NCBI GenBank assembly: GCA_023136265.1
Contig: JAGLRN010000069.1
Span: forward strand, 8,680-72,679
Direction of reading: 5' to 3'
Source: Thermoplasmata archaeon
Lineage (GTDB): Archaea; Thermoplasmatota; Thermoplasmata; RBG-16-68-12; JAGMCJ01
DNA length: 64,000 bases
In this document: positions 41,704-51,500 of the stretch, in pieces
How the letters are laid out: each line of letters opens with the position of its first letter
Numbering within the stretch: the stretch's first letter is position 1
Program-made: the position numbers and the translations under genes
The notes under the pieces: model-generated
What the model was told of the DNA's origin: nothing
The model's database searches: none
The model's input: only the letters and a program-made list of their open reading frames with translations

Positions 41704-42665
41704 TTGCTCCGTCCTTTTCGAGGCGCGTACTTGAGCGTCTCGTAGTCGGTCCTGACCGCGTATCCGCCGTCCTGGATGATGCTCACGAACTGACCGCAGT
41801 TGCTCCCTATCTTGTTCTCCTCGAGCTCGCCGATGCTGAGAAGCACATCGAACCCGAAATCGCGGAAGCTGTCCGTGATCTGACGGGAGGAGTCCTCGTC
41901 GTGCGGGTCGACGACGGACCTCAGTCTCTTCCGCTTGACGTTCGCCGTCGGGTTCAGCGGTGTGATCTTGATGAAGAACTTGGCGGGGTCGAAGTGCTCC
42001 GCGATGACCTCCGGGTCGACCGGATAACCCTGAGTCATAGCGAAGTTCAGCGTGAGTTTCCTGTCCCCCTTGCGGAAGTAACTCTCGCCGTACTCCGAGA
42101 TCTGCGGGAGCCCCCACTTCTTGATCGGCATCAGCTCGTCCCGCCTCTGTCCGTTCGTCGTGTGCACGGAGAACTGCAACTGGAACCGTCCCGAGTAGTG
42201 GGCGTCCTTGATGTCGATGAGCTCGTCGAAGAAGCTCCCCCTGCCAACGGGAGCGAGCGTTGAGATGCAGGGCATGAGGCCAGGGGCATCGTACACATCC
42301 GCCAAAGCCCGCAGGGCGTCCGGCACGTCCGGGTTCAGCGAGGGCTCGCCCATACGGGCGAACTGCACCTTGAACTTCGGGATTGGCACCCGCCCGTCCG
42401 GAAACCGCCTCCGCACCATGTGGTCTATCTGCTGCAGGATCTCGTCCTTCGTCAGTTTCCCGAGGTAGTGCCCGCCAGCGTCGCACATCTTGCAGTTCAC
42501 CGGGCAACCGAAGGACGACGAGATTATCAGCACCCACTTCTCCTCGCGCGGCACCGGCGGCTGCAGCGATTCGACGAACTCGACGAGGTAGCCGTTGCCC
42601 TCCCTCATGGATGCCACGTAGACCTTCGCCAGATCCTCCTTTCCGAACTCACCCAGAATCCTCAT
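41688..42665 (-). CDS. Radical SAM enzyme of the RlmN/Cfr family (RNA C-methyltransferase-like)
   Basis: CPVNCKMC (Cx3Cx2C), ARMGEPSLNPD (RlmN MGMGEPLLN-like), CISTLAPVG (RlmN STSG region, with the conserved Cys), ITPLNPT (WNP-like), and C-terminal SNCGQFV (the RlmN catalytic CGQ). Confidence 0.6.
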   Translation of the reverse strand: MRILGEFGKEDLAKVYVASMREGNGYLVEFVESLQPPVPREEKWVLIISSSFGCPVNCKMCDAGGHYLGKLTKDEILQQIDHMVRRRFPDGRVPIPKFKVQFARMGEPSLNPDVPDALRALADVYDAPGLMPCISTLAPVGRGSFFDELIDIKDAHYSGRFQLQFSVHTTNGQRRDELMPIKKWGLPQISEYGESYFRKGDRKLTLNFAMTQGYPVDPEVIAEHFDPAKFFIKITPLNPTANVKRKRLRSVVDPHDEDSSRQITDSFRDFGFDVLLSIGELEENKIGSNCGQFVSIIQDGGYAVRTDYETLKYAPRKGRSNQGVT

Positions 42666-43600
42666 TTCCCGCTCCCCATTGACTCGATAATCGACATGGC
42701 CGCGAGGATGCCGTCGCCAACCGCAATCCCCACCTGCCTGTGGTTCCCCCGTCTCACGTCACCGACGAGGTATAAACCTGACGCCTCCTTCCAGTTCTCC
42801 GCGAGCTCGGGCGGCAGGACGCTGACGTCCGGCTCCCTCCCGCACGCGATAAGCCCGTAGTCGGCGACGATTTCCTTCTCGGTCCCCTCCTGCTCCAAGG
42901 TGAAGACGAGCTGACGTTCTTCCTCCTTCACTGACTTGAGCTCCGTTCCCGCGTGCGTCCTGATCTTCTCTGAACGGCTCGCCCTCTCGAGAAGCAGGGG
43001 AAGGCACCTGGGTTCTCCCCGGAATGCCACATCCACGTGGATGCCCCTTGAAGCCAGGTTGAGAGCGTAGTCGAACGCCGCGTCGCCACCGCCGATTACG
43101 AGGAAATTGCCTTTGACGGCCGGGGGCACGTCCCTGATCTCGTAGAAGACCTTGGACAGCTCCACGTCCTCGAGGCCTTGGATGTCGACCCGCTTGGGTC
43201 TCGTACCCGTGGCCACGATGACGGACTTCGCATATGCCTCTCCTGACTCGGAGGACACGTTGAAGATGTCCCCCTCCTTCGAGACGCTATGGACCTCCTC
43301 CATGCGAGTGTCGATCCTCCAGCGCACGAGGTGTCGCTTGAACAGCTCAACGAGTTCCGGCCCGCCGATGCCTTCGGGGAAGCCAGGGTAGTTCTCGACG
43401 AGGTGTGCGTTCCTCAGAAGCCCGCCGATCTCGTCCCGCTCGAAAACCAGCGGGTCAGCTCCCGCCCGCTTGAGATAGACGGCAGCGGCTATGCCCGCCG
43501 GACCTGCCCCAATGATGACGGCAACGTAAGTCTTCCCCTTCGCCTTCGATACCGCCAGAGTCGCCGACTGCGGAAGGAGCACAGACTCGCTTTCACCCAT
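42662..43600 (-). CDS. Thioredoxin-reductase-like FAD/NAD(P)-binding flavoprotein lacking the redox-active CxxC (TrxR-type ferredoxin/flavodoxin reductase-like)
   Basis: FAD motif VAVIIGAGPAGIAAAVYL, NAD(P) motif FLVIGGGDAAFDYALNL, and a C-terminal GD motif GLYLVGDV. No CATCD-type dithiol. It overlaps the radical SAM start by 4 nt. The start may be 43600 (MGESES) or 43660. Confidence 0.6.
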   Translation of the reverse strand: MGESESVLLPQSATLAVSKAKGKTYVAVIIGAGPAGIAAAVYLKRAGADPLVFERDEIGGLLRNAHLVENYPGFPEGIGGPELVELFKRHLVRWRIDTRMEEVHSVSKEGDIFNVSSESGEAYAKSVIVATGTRPKRVDIQGLEDVELSKVFYEIRDVPPAVKGNFLVIGGGDAAFDYALNLASRGIHVDVAFRGEPRCLPLLLERASRSEKIRTHAGTELKSVKEEERQLVFTLEQEGTEKEIVADYGLIACGREPDVSVLPPELAENWKEASGLYLVGDVRRGNHRQVGIAVGDGILAAMSIIESMGSGK

Positions 43601-43730
43601 GTTCTCAACCTTCGAGCCTTTTCCTGGATTGTGTGGCTGGAAAAGGCAAAACAATGCCACCTCCCCGCGGATGGTAGGGAGATATGGCAGGATATCTTAA
43701 GCATTTCGCAGTCGAGAAGCCACGTGGCGT

Positions 43731-46700
43731 TCAGTCCTCCACGTCTTCGTCCGCCTCGTCTTCGGTCTCCTCTTGCGGGGGCTCCTTCTTCCTCCAGAAC
43801 ATAAGCAGGATCAGGAGTGTCGTGATCGCCAGCAACGCGATGAGGGCCGCCCAGAAGAGCGCGTCCTCGAATCCGCCTCCTTCTTCCGCCACCAGCGGGT
43901 TCGGGTCGTTGCCGTCCCTGATGCCGTCCCCGTCCGTGTCTGCGTCGTTGGGATCGGTCTCAATCGAATACTCCTGAAGATTCGACAGTCCGTCGCTGTC
44001 GGGATCGTCATCCGCTCCCTGGCTCAGGTCCCCGAAGTTCTCACCCTCCCAATCGTCCGGCAGTCCGTCATGGTCCGTGTCGTCTTGCGCGACAGCCACC
44101 GTGAACACCCACGCAACGACCGCTCTGTTGGGCGGGTCAACCAGGTCCTCGACCTCCAGGTAGACAGTGTACGTCCCGTCCTCCAAGGGCATGAGGAACG
44201 TGAGCGTTATCGCGCTCCCCGTCACCACGGCAGAGCCGGTGACGTCCGCCGAGGCGAGCTTCAGAGCCACGCTTGTCGTGTCGATCCCCGATGCATCGCT
44301 GTAGGTCGCGCTGATCGTCGGTGTGTTGTCGCTAAGCGTAGATCCGTTCACAGGCAGCATGTTCGAGATTGTCGGCGGGGACGTGTCAACCGTGAACTGC
44401 CAGGTCACTGTGGCGACGTTCTGCGGTGTCGACTGATCCTTCACTTCTAGGTAGACGTTGTGCGTGCCTTCCGAGAGGGCGCTCGCGGGCGTGTAACTCA
44501 TCGAATTCGCGGTCACCGTGGCCGAGGCAGTGACATCCACCGAGTCGACCTTCAGTGTGACGCTCGAAACGTCAATCCCAGAATCGTCGGTGTAGCTCGC
44601 ACTCACGAGGGGCTTCGTCTCCCCGATCGTCGCCAGATCGATGGGCTGCAGGTCGGTGATCGCCGGAGTCACTGTGTCCACTGTGAACCACCACGTCTCC
44701 GTCGCCTTGTTGCGGTTGGACGAGTCGTCCTCCACCTCCAAGAGCACGGTGTGAGTTCCTTCCGAGAGGGGGGCCATCGGAGTGTAAGTCACGCCCGAGG
44801 ACGTGACCGTCGCCAGTGAGGAGATGTCCACAGAATCGACTTCGAGGACAACGCTGCCCTCATCGATTCCGTTCTCATCGCTGTAGGTGGCCCCTATGAC
44901 TGGCGTGCTGTCGCTTACGGTCGACCCGTCAACAGGTTGCGCACCTGCTATCTCGGGTGGTGTCACGTCGAGCATGGTCGTGTCAATCGTGAAGTACCAG
45001 TTCTCTTCCGCAGGATTCTGGGGCGAGGAGGTGTCGCTGACCTCCACATGCACAGTGTGAATCCCGTTCGTGAGAGGAGCAATGGGAACGTACGTTGCCC
45101 CGCCAGAAGTCACGGTCGCGGACCCAGTAACGTCGACCGCGTCGACGACCACCCTGACGCTCGATAAGTCGATCCCGGTGGCGTCGTTGAAGCTCACGCC
45201 GATCGTCGGGGTCGTATCCGGGATGGTCGACATATGGGCGGGCTGAGCGTTCGAGATCACTGGAGGTAACGTGTCCACAGTGAACCACCAGGTCATCGTG
45301 GCGGTGTTCTGGGGCGTAGCCTGGTCCTTCACCTCAAGGTAGACATCGTGTATGCCTTCCGACAGAGAGCTGGGGACATAGACCACCTGATTCACGCCCA
45401 CAGCCGCGGATGCGGTCACGTCGATCGAGTCCACCAGGAGCACGACGCTCGCCAGGTCAATCCCCGAATCGTCCCCGTAGCTGGCGCCTATGGCGGGAGT
45501 GCTGTCACTGATCACAGACTGATCCGAGGGCTGCAAGTTCGATATGCTGGGTTCGACAGTATCTACAGTGAATGACCACGTCTCGGTCGCGATGTTCTGG
45601 CCTGGCGAGTCATCCGCGACCTCGAGATACACGCTGTGAACGCCCTCGGACAGAGGTGACGATGGCGTGTATGTCACATCCAAGAGAGTCACTGTCGCTT
45701 GAGCGGTGACGTCGAACCCGTCCACCCTGAGAAGGACGCTCGCGGTGTCTATCCCAGACACGTCGGTATAGCTCGCTCCTATCCCGGGTGTGCTGTCACT
45801 TACGATTGATAGATCGGCGGGCTGCAGGTCAGAAATCGTTGGCGGGTCCGGGTCGATGATGCTTGTGTCGATCGTGAACGACCACATCTTCTTCGCCACA
45901 TTGGCGGGAGAGGAGTTGTCAAGAACCTCAACGTAGACGTCGTGCGGTCCATCCGCCATTGGGGAGGGCACGAGATAGGTGACCCTGTCGAACTCCACCG
46001 TCGCCTGGGCGGTAACGTCCACCGAGTCCACTTCCAGCACAACGGTCGAGATGTCTATCCCAGACAGGTCGCCGTAGGATGCGCTTATCGTGGGTGTGTC
46101 GTCAGCTATCGTGGATTGATTGGCGGGCTGCGGGTCCGTGATCGTCGGGGGCAGCGTGTCCACAGCGAACCACCAGGCCCTCACGGCCACGTTCATTGGT
46201 GTGGAATTGTCACCCGCGTGGAGGCTCACGGTATGTGGCCCTTCTGAGAGGGGAGATGCAGGAGCATAGGCGATGTCGGAGAAGGTGATCGTGGAGCTGT
46301 TCGTCACGTCGACGCCGTCCACTTCCAGCAGCAAGTTCTGTGGAAAGATGGAGGAATCGTCACTGAAGTCCGCGCCGATGGTCGGCGTGTCGTCGCTTAC
46401 TATCGACTGATTGACGGGTTGCAGGTTGGTGATGTCCGGCGGGACCGTGTCAACAACGAACCACCAGGACTCTGTCGCGGTGTTCGGCGGTGAAGAAAGA
46501 TCCTCGATGTCAAGGTCGACCCAGTGAGGTCCTTCCGTCAAGGGCGCCGATGTGTACGTTATGCTCGTCCCGGTGACCGTCGCAGAGGCGGTCACATCCA
46601 CGGCGTCCAGTTGCAGCGTCACAGCGGATGAGTTGACTCCTGACGGATCTGTGTAGTTCGCTGCGATCCCGGGAGAATCGTCACTGATGATGGTCTTCCA

Positions 46701-48494
46701 TGGTCGGGGGTCCGCGATCTGCGGGGGCTGAGTGTCCACCGTGAACGACCACGACTCGGTCGCCAGGTTATGGATGAGTGAGGCGTCCCTGACCTCCAGG
46801 GAGACATCGTGAATGCCATCCGGCAGAGGAGGTGACGGCGTGTATGTCACATCCGAGGGAGTTACTGTCGCTTGAGCGGTGATGTCGAACCCGTCCACCC
46901 TCAGGACCACGCTGCCCGTGTCAATGCCTGACGCGTCGCTGTAGCTGGCACCTATCCCGGGCGTCGTGTCGCCTATTACCGACCCGTTGGCGGGCTGTAT
47001 GTCCGATATCACGGGCGGGTCCGTCTCGACGCCGATGATCGTGAACGACCCATTGCTCTTGTCCCAGTTCGTCTTGGCGGTCGAGTCGGTCACGTTCACC
47101 CTGACGTAGCAGTCCGCGGAGGGCGTGTTGTTGACCGTCCACAGATACGAGCCGTCGTTCGCCTCATCGTCACTGATCTCCGCATATGGCCCGAAGAGAC
47201 CGCTCACGGAGTATTCTATCCTGATAGTCAGAGGTGGCGTGCCGCCAGAAGCTGTCCAGTTGATGTAATGCTGCGTCAACGCGTCCCAACTCTCACCGCC
47301 GTTGGGCCCGTCAACTTCAACCGTCAGCGGTGGTGCGGTCTCGTCATTCTTCAGCACCCGAACTCCGAAGCCCTCGCCGGCCGCACCGATGTCCAGGTAC
47401 CCGTCACCGTCAATATCGCCCGCCGTTACGCCTATCACCGATCCAGTTGGAAGGCCCAGTGATGCATCGGTCCAGGAATCCCCTCCATCCCCCTTCCAGA
47501 TCTGAATCCCGCCGCTGGTGTACTTCGCTGTCAGGATGTCAGGGTATTTGTCCCCGACCATGTCGGCAAGAATGACGCCGTAGTAGGTACCAGTCGTCGG
47601 CAAGCCGCTGGAAGCCAGGGTCCAATTGCTCGTTCCGTCGCCAAGCCATGCGCGAAGGCCATGTCCGTCCTGATCCATCGCCGCAACGAGGTCCAAGTGT
47701 CCATCGAGGTTGAGATCCCCGAGCGTGACGCTGTTCCACTGATCGGTCCACGGGAGGCCGTTCGAGGCCTCGGTCCAGCCGCCCGTTCCATCTCCCAGCC
47801 AGACATGCATGCCCGCACCGGCGACGGCGAGGTCCGTATGATTGTCATGGTTCACATCGTCCATCCACACGCTGAAGTACTTCCCGGTCGTGGGCAAGTT
47901 GGTCGATGACTCGGTCCATGAGCCCGCTCCATTGCCGAGGTAGACCTCCACACCGCCGCCGTCGTTGGCGACGGCGAGGTCCAGATTATCGTCGTGGTTG
48001 ACATCCGCCAGGAATATCCCCGTGCGCATCGAGGTCGTCGGCAGACCAGTGTTGGCAAGGGTCCAAGTCCCTGCGCCGTCCCCGGTCCAAACGGAGACAC
48101 CGCCAGAACCGTAGGCGTAGTTCGTGGCCGCGATGTCCAGGTCGCCGTCGTTGTTTATGTCTCCCAGGAAAACGCCTCCGTCGTAGGCGTTGTCCGGCAG
48201 GCCGTTGGCGGCAAGCGTCCATGTTCCCGCACCGTCGCCCGTCCACACTTTCACACCGAAGTAGCCCGCGGTCGCGATGTCCAGGTTGGTATCATTGTTG
48301 ATATCACCGAACCAAACGGAGAAGTGGCTCTCACCCGACGGCAGACCGTTCGAAGCAGAGACAAAGCCCGTGACGGCAGGGCCATCGTCCTCGGAGGCTT
48401 CGACAAGAACGACCAGAAGTCCGTTGGCCATGAGTCCGGCGACGAGGACCGCCGCCATCAAGGATGAGAACGTGAATCGAAGCCTGCGATCCAT
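43731..48494 (-). CDS. Giant surface protein: a signal peptide, an FG-GAP/VCBS beta-propeller (about 6 blades), about 10 tandem Ig-like (Big-like) domains, thrombospondin-type-3-like Ca-binding repeats, and a C-terminal TM followed by an acidic tail
   Basis: Signal peptide MDRRLRFTFSSLMAAVLVAGLMANGLLVVLVEA, taken from the internal ATG with GGTGG SD (the listed ORF starts 24 codons earlier and would overlap the neighbouring gene). Propeller repeats GDINND(T/G)(N/D)LDIA...WTGDGAGTWT. The Ig-like repeat is TVDTQPPQI.N.QP...S..SD.TP.IGA.Y.D.SGID..SV.L.VD.VDVTA.ATVT...TY.P...L.EG.H.V.LEV.D. C-terminal DTDHDGLPDDWEGENFGDLSQGADDDPDSDGLSN...DTDGDGIRDGNDPN, then ALIALLAITTLLILLMFWRKKEPPQEETEDEADEDVED. 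Confidence 0.75.
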   Translation of the reverse strand: MDRRLRFTFSSLMAAVLVAGLMANGLLVVLVEASEDDGPAVTGFVSASNGLPSGESHFSVWFGDINNDTNLDIATAGYFGVKVWTGDGAGTWTLAANGLPDNAYDGGVFLGDINNDGDLDIAATNYAYGSGGVSVWTGDGAGTWTLANTGLPTTSMRTGIFLADVNHDDNLDLAVANDGGGVEVYLGNGAGSWTESSTNLPTTGKYFSVWMDDVNHDNHTDLAVAGAGMHVWLGDGTGGWTEASNGLPWTDQWNSVTLGDLNLDGHLDLVAAMDQDGHGLRAWLGDGTSNWTLASSGLPTTGTYYGVILADMVGDKYPDILTAKYTSGGIQIWKGDGGDSWTDASLGLPTGSVIGVTAGDIDGDGYLDIGAAGEGFGVRVLKNDETAPPLTVEVDGPNGGESWDALTQHYINWTASGGTPPLTIRIEYSVSGLFGPYAEISDDEANDGSYLWTVNNTPSADCYVRVNVTDSTAKTNWDKSNGSFTIIGVETDPPVISDIQPANGSVIGDTTPGIGASYSDASGIDTGSVVLRVDGFDITAQATVTPSDVTYTPSPPLPDGIHDVSLEVRDASLIHNLATESWSFTVDTQPPQIADPRPWKTIISDDSPGIAANYTDPSGVNSSAVTLQLDAVDVTASATVTGTSITYTSAPLTEGPHWVDLDIEDLSSPPNTATESWWFVVDTVPPDITNLQPVNQSIVSDDTPTIGADFSDDSSIFPQNLLLEVDGVDVTNSSTITFSDIAYAPASPLSEGPHTVSLHAGDNSTPMNVAVRAWWFAVDTLPPTITDPQPANQSTIADDTPTISASYGDLSGIDISTVVLEVDSVDVTAQATVEFDRVTYLVPSPMADGPHDVYVEVLDNSSPANVAKKMWSFTIDTSIIDPDPPTISDLQPADLSIVSDSTPGIGASYTDVSGIDTASVLLRVDGFDVTAQATVTLLDVTYTPSSPLSEGVHSVYLEVADDSPGQNIATETWSFTVDTVEPSISNLQPSDQSVISDSTPAIGASYGDDSGIDLASVVLLVDSIDVTASAAVGVNQVVYVPSSLSEGIHDVYLEVKDQATPQNTATMTWWFTVDTLPPVISNAQPAHMSTIPDTTPTIGVSFNDATGIDLSSVRVVVDAVDVTGSATVTSGGATYVPIAPLTNGIHTVHVEVSDTSSPQNPAEENWYFTIDTTMLDVTPPEIAGAQPVDGSTVSDSTPVIGATYSDENGIDEGSVVLEVDSVDISSLATVTSSGVTYTPMAPLSEGTHTVLLEVEDDSSNRNKATETWWFTVDTVTPAITDLQPIDLATIGETKPLVSASYTDDSGIDVSSVTLKVDSVDVTASATVTANSMSYTPASALSEGTHNVYLEVKDQSTPQNVATVTWQFTVDTSPPTISNMLPVNGSTLSDNTPTISATYSDASGIDTTSVALKLASADVTGSAVVTGSAITLTFLMPLEDGTYTVYLEVEDLVDPPNRAVVAWVFTVAVAQDDTDHDGLPDDWEGENFGDLSQGADDDPDSDGLSNLQEYSIETDPNDADTDGDGIRDGNDPNPLVAEEGGGFEDALFWAALIALLAITTLLILLMFWRKKEPPQEETEDEADEDVED
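44100..47030 (-). repeat. About 10 tandem coding repeats of roughly 300 nt (Ig-like domains) within the 43731 gene
   Basis: The periodic recurrence of the TVDTQPPQI...SGID...VDVTA.ATVT...EG.H.VYLEV.D motif is visible in the translation. Antisense ORFs in the track also show periodicity. Confidence 0.65.
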
Positions 48495-48507
48495 ATGACC
48501 ACCGTGT

Positions 48508-51500
48508 TTACTCCTCGTCCTGCTCCTCGGGTTCCTCTTCCTTTCTCCTTCTCCAGAACAGGACAACGAGCAGCATTAGGATTATGACAACAAGCAATAT
48601 CAGCACCCACCAGGGGAACTCACCAGATACTTCCTGAGAGGCGAACGTGATCGTGACCGTGTCCGTGTCGCTGTTCCCCGCGCGGTCCACGACCGTCAGC
48701 GTCACAACGTACACGTCCCTGTCCTCGAACGTGAATGAGGGTGTTGCATTGCTGAGCGTCCTGGTCGAGCCCCTGTATGTGAATGTCCACGTGTAGCTCA
48801 CTATCCCGCTCCCGATGGGTCCGTCGTCCGAGCCGCTTCCATCGAAGAGGATAGTGTCGCCCTTGCGGATCTCCACGTCGTCACCCGCATCGGCGATCGG
48901 CGGCGCGGTGTCCAGGAAGACAATGATGAGATTGATCTCCTCCTCGTTCCCCACGTTGTCTGTGCTCTTGTAGTAGATGTTGTGCGGGCCCTCGCTCATC
49001 GCTCCCGCGATCAGTGGCCCAGCATAGGTCGAGGGACAGTTCGGGTCGTCCACCCCGTAGCTGATCGAGCCCACGTCCGAGCCGTCATCCGTCGCGGTGA
49101 TGGCTATCGTCGCCAACGAGCTGCTGATATAGTTCGTGCTCACCGGGTCATATCCCGGCACAGAGCTCGTCGGCGGGGTTTCGTCCAGGAAGACGTACTC
49201 AATGACCTCGACTTCCTCGTTGCCGAGGTTGTCCATGCTCCTGAATCGTATCTCCCTCTGACCGTCATCCCCTGACACGGAGACCGATCCGGATATGAAC
49301 TGCGTCCAGTCCACCTCCGCGGTCCCGCCCTTGAAGATGGCGTACGACGTGGACGCCGCGCCGCTCCCCGCTCCGTCGTCGGCGGAGAAAGAAATCGGCG
49401 TCGATGATGTGATGAACGTAACGCCAGAGTCCGCGTGACTGGGCACACCAACCACGATGCTCGAGCTCGGCGGGGTGTTGTCCAAGTACACTGTCTCGAC
49501 CACCGCGTTCTCCTCGTTGTCGAGGACGTCGATGCTCTTGACCTGTATCTCCCTCAGCCCGTCGTCACCGGACAGGAGGACCGTTCCCGTCGAGTACGGA
49601 GTCCAATCCACCTCCACCGTGGCGCCCTTCATGACCCTGTATAACGTAGTCGTCGTGGTGCTCACGAAATCGTCCTTGTAGAACCTGACGGGAGTGAACG
49701 ACGTCATGTACGTGACGCCGGAATCCACGTGCTTCGGGTCCTCCACTGAGATGCTCGACACGGGCGGCGTGTTGTCCAGGTAGACCTCCATGGTCTTCGG
49801 GATCTCTTCATTCCCGTAATCGTCCACGCTCTTGTACTTGATAAACGTCAATCCGTCGCTCTTCGAGGTCGGAATCCAGAACTCGGACGTGTACTGACCG
49901 TATGCGGGCTCGGGTTCACCCGAGCTGTAGTACATGTACCAGATCGCCTCGATGCCAGCCGGGTCCTCCGCTGTCAGGCGGAACGACGTGAGAGAGCTGA
50001 CGTATGTCTCGCCCAGACCGCCAGTATAGTTGATTCCAAGAACCGCGAGTGAGGTCGTTGGAGGCGTCGCGTCAATGATGAATGACCACGACTCCGTCGT
50101 AACCCGCGTGTCGATGTCCGCCACGGACAGGAAGACGTCATGGGCCCCATCCGACAGAGGAGTCGAGGGCACATAGAGCACGCCGGTCTGCGTCACTGTC
50201 GCTTGCGCGGTCACGTCCACAGCATCGACCCTAAGAACAACGCTGCTCACATCGATGCCCGTGTCGTCGCTGTAGCTAGCACTTATGGCAGGCGTTGTGT
50301 CGCCTATCGTTGCCTGGTCGGCGGGCTGCAGGTTCGTTATCTCGGGCGGCTGAATGTCCACAGAGAACCACCATGTCTTCATGGCAACGTTCTGCGGATT
50401 GGAGTTGTCACCTACCGCCAGATAGACATCGTGAACGCCATCCGAGAGCGGCACGCTCGGAACATACGTGATCCCGCCAGAAGTCACAGTAGCGAGATGA
50501 GTGACGTCGACCGCATCCACCCTCATTGTCACGCTGGCGGTGTCTATCCCAGACAAGTCGATATAGCTCGCTCCTATCGTGGGCATCGTCTCGCCGACGG
50601 ACGACTCGTTCGCGGGCTGCAGGTTCGAGATGAGCGGCGACTGCGTGTCCACGGTGAAGGACCATATCTCAACGGCCACGTTCGCCGGTACGGCCTGATC
50701 GCCGACCTCCAGGCGGATGTTGTGCGTCCCTTCCGACAGGGCAATCGTCGGCGCATAGGTTACCATGTTGGGGCCTACGGTCGCCTGGGCCGTGATATCG
50801 ACTCCGTCGAGTTCGAGCAGCACGCTGGCCAAATCAATCCCGGAATCGTCGCTGTACATCGCGCTTATGTCAGGCGTGCTGTCGCCTGTCGTAGACTGAT
50901 TCGCAGGCAGAATATTGAATATCGACGGGTCGGTCGCATCCACCGTGAACGACCACATCTCGGTCGCCAGGTTCTGCGGCGCGGAGTTATCCTTCACCTC
51001 CAAGTAAGCGCTATGGATTCCATCCCAGAGGAGGATGCCTGGAACGTACGTGATGTCGCTCGCGGTAACCGTCGCGGAAGGCGTGACATTGATCCCATCC
51101 ACCTGGAAGAACACGCTGCCCACGTCTATCCCGGAAACGTCGCTGTAGTCCGCGCCTATGGCGGGCATTGCATCGCTGACGATCGATAGATGCGCTGGCT
51201 GCATGTTAGCTATCTGGGGAGGCTGGGTGTCCACCGTAAAGGACCAAGTCTCCATCGCAGTGTTCTGCGGCGCGGAGTTGTCCCCGACCTCTAGATAGAC
51301 GTTATGAGCACCTTCCGAGAGAGGACTCATCGGAACGTACGTGATGTCCGTGCCCGTCACGGTTGCGGACGCCGTCACATCGATCGCATCCACCCAGAGG
51401 GCGACGCTCGAAGTGTCGATTCCTGAGGGATCGCTGTAACTTGCACCCATAATCGGTGTCGCATCGCTCGTGAAGGAGCCATTGGCTGGCTGGAGGTTCG

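Noticed and set aside
50140-51189. 349-aa plus-strand ORF inside the Ig-repeat array of the 48508 gene
   Set aside because: A periodic, Arg-rich antisense artefact of the tandem repeats. The sense strand gives coherent Ig-like domains.
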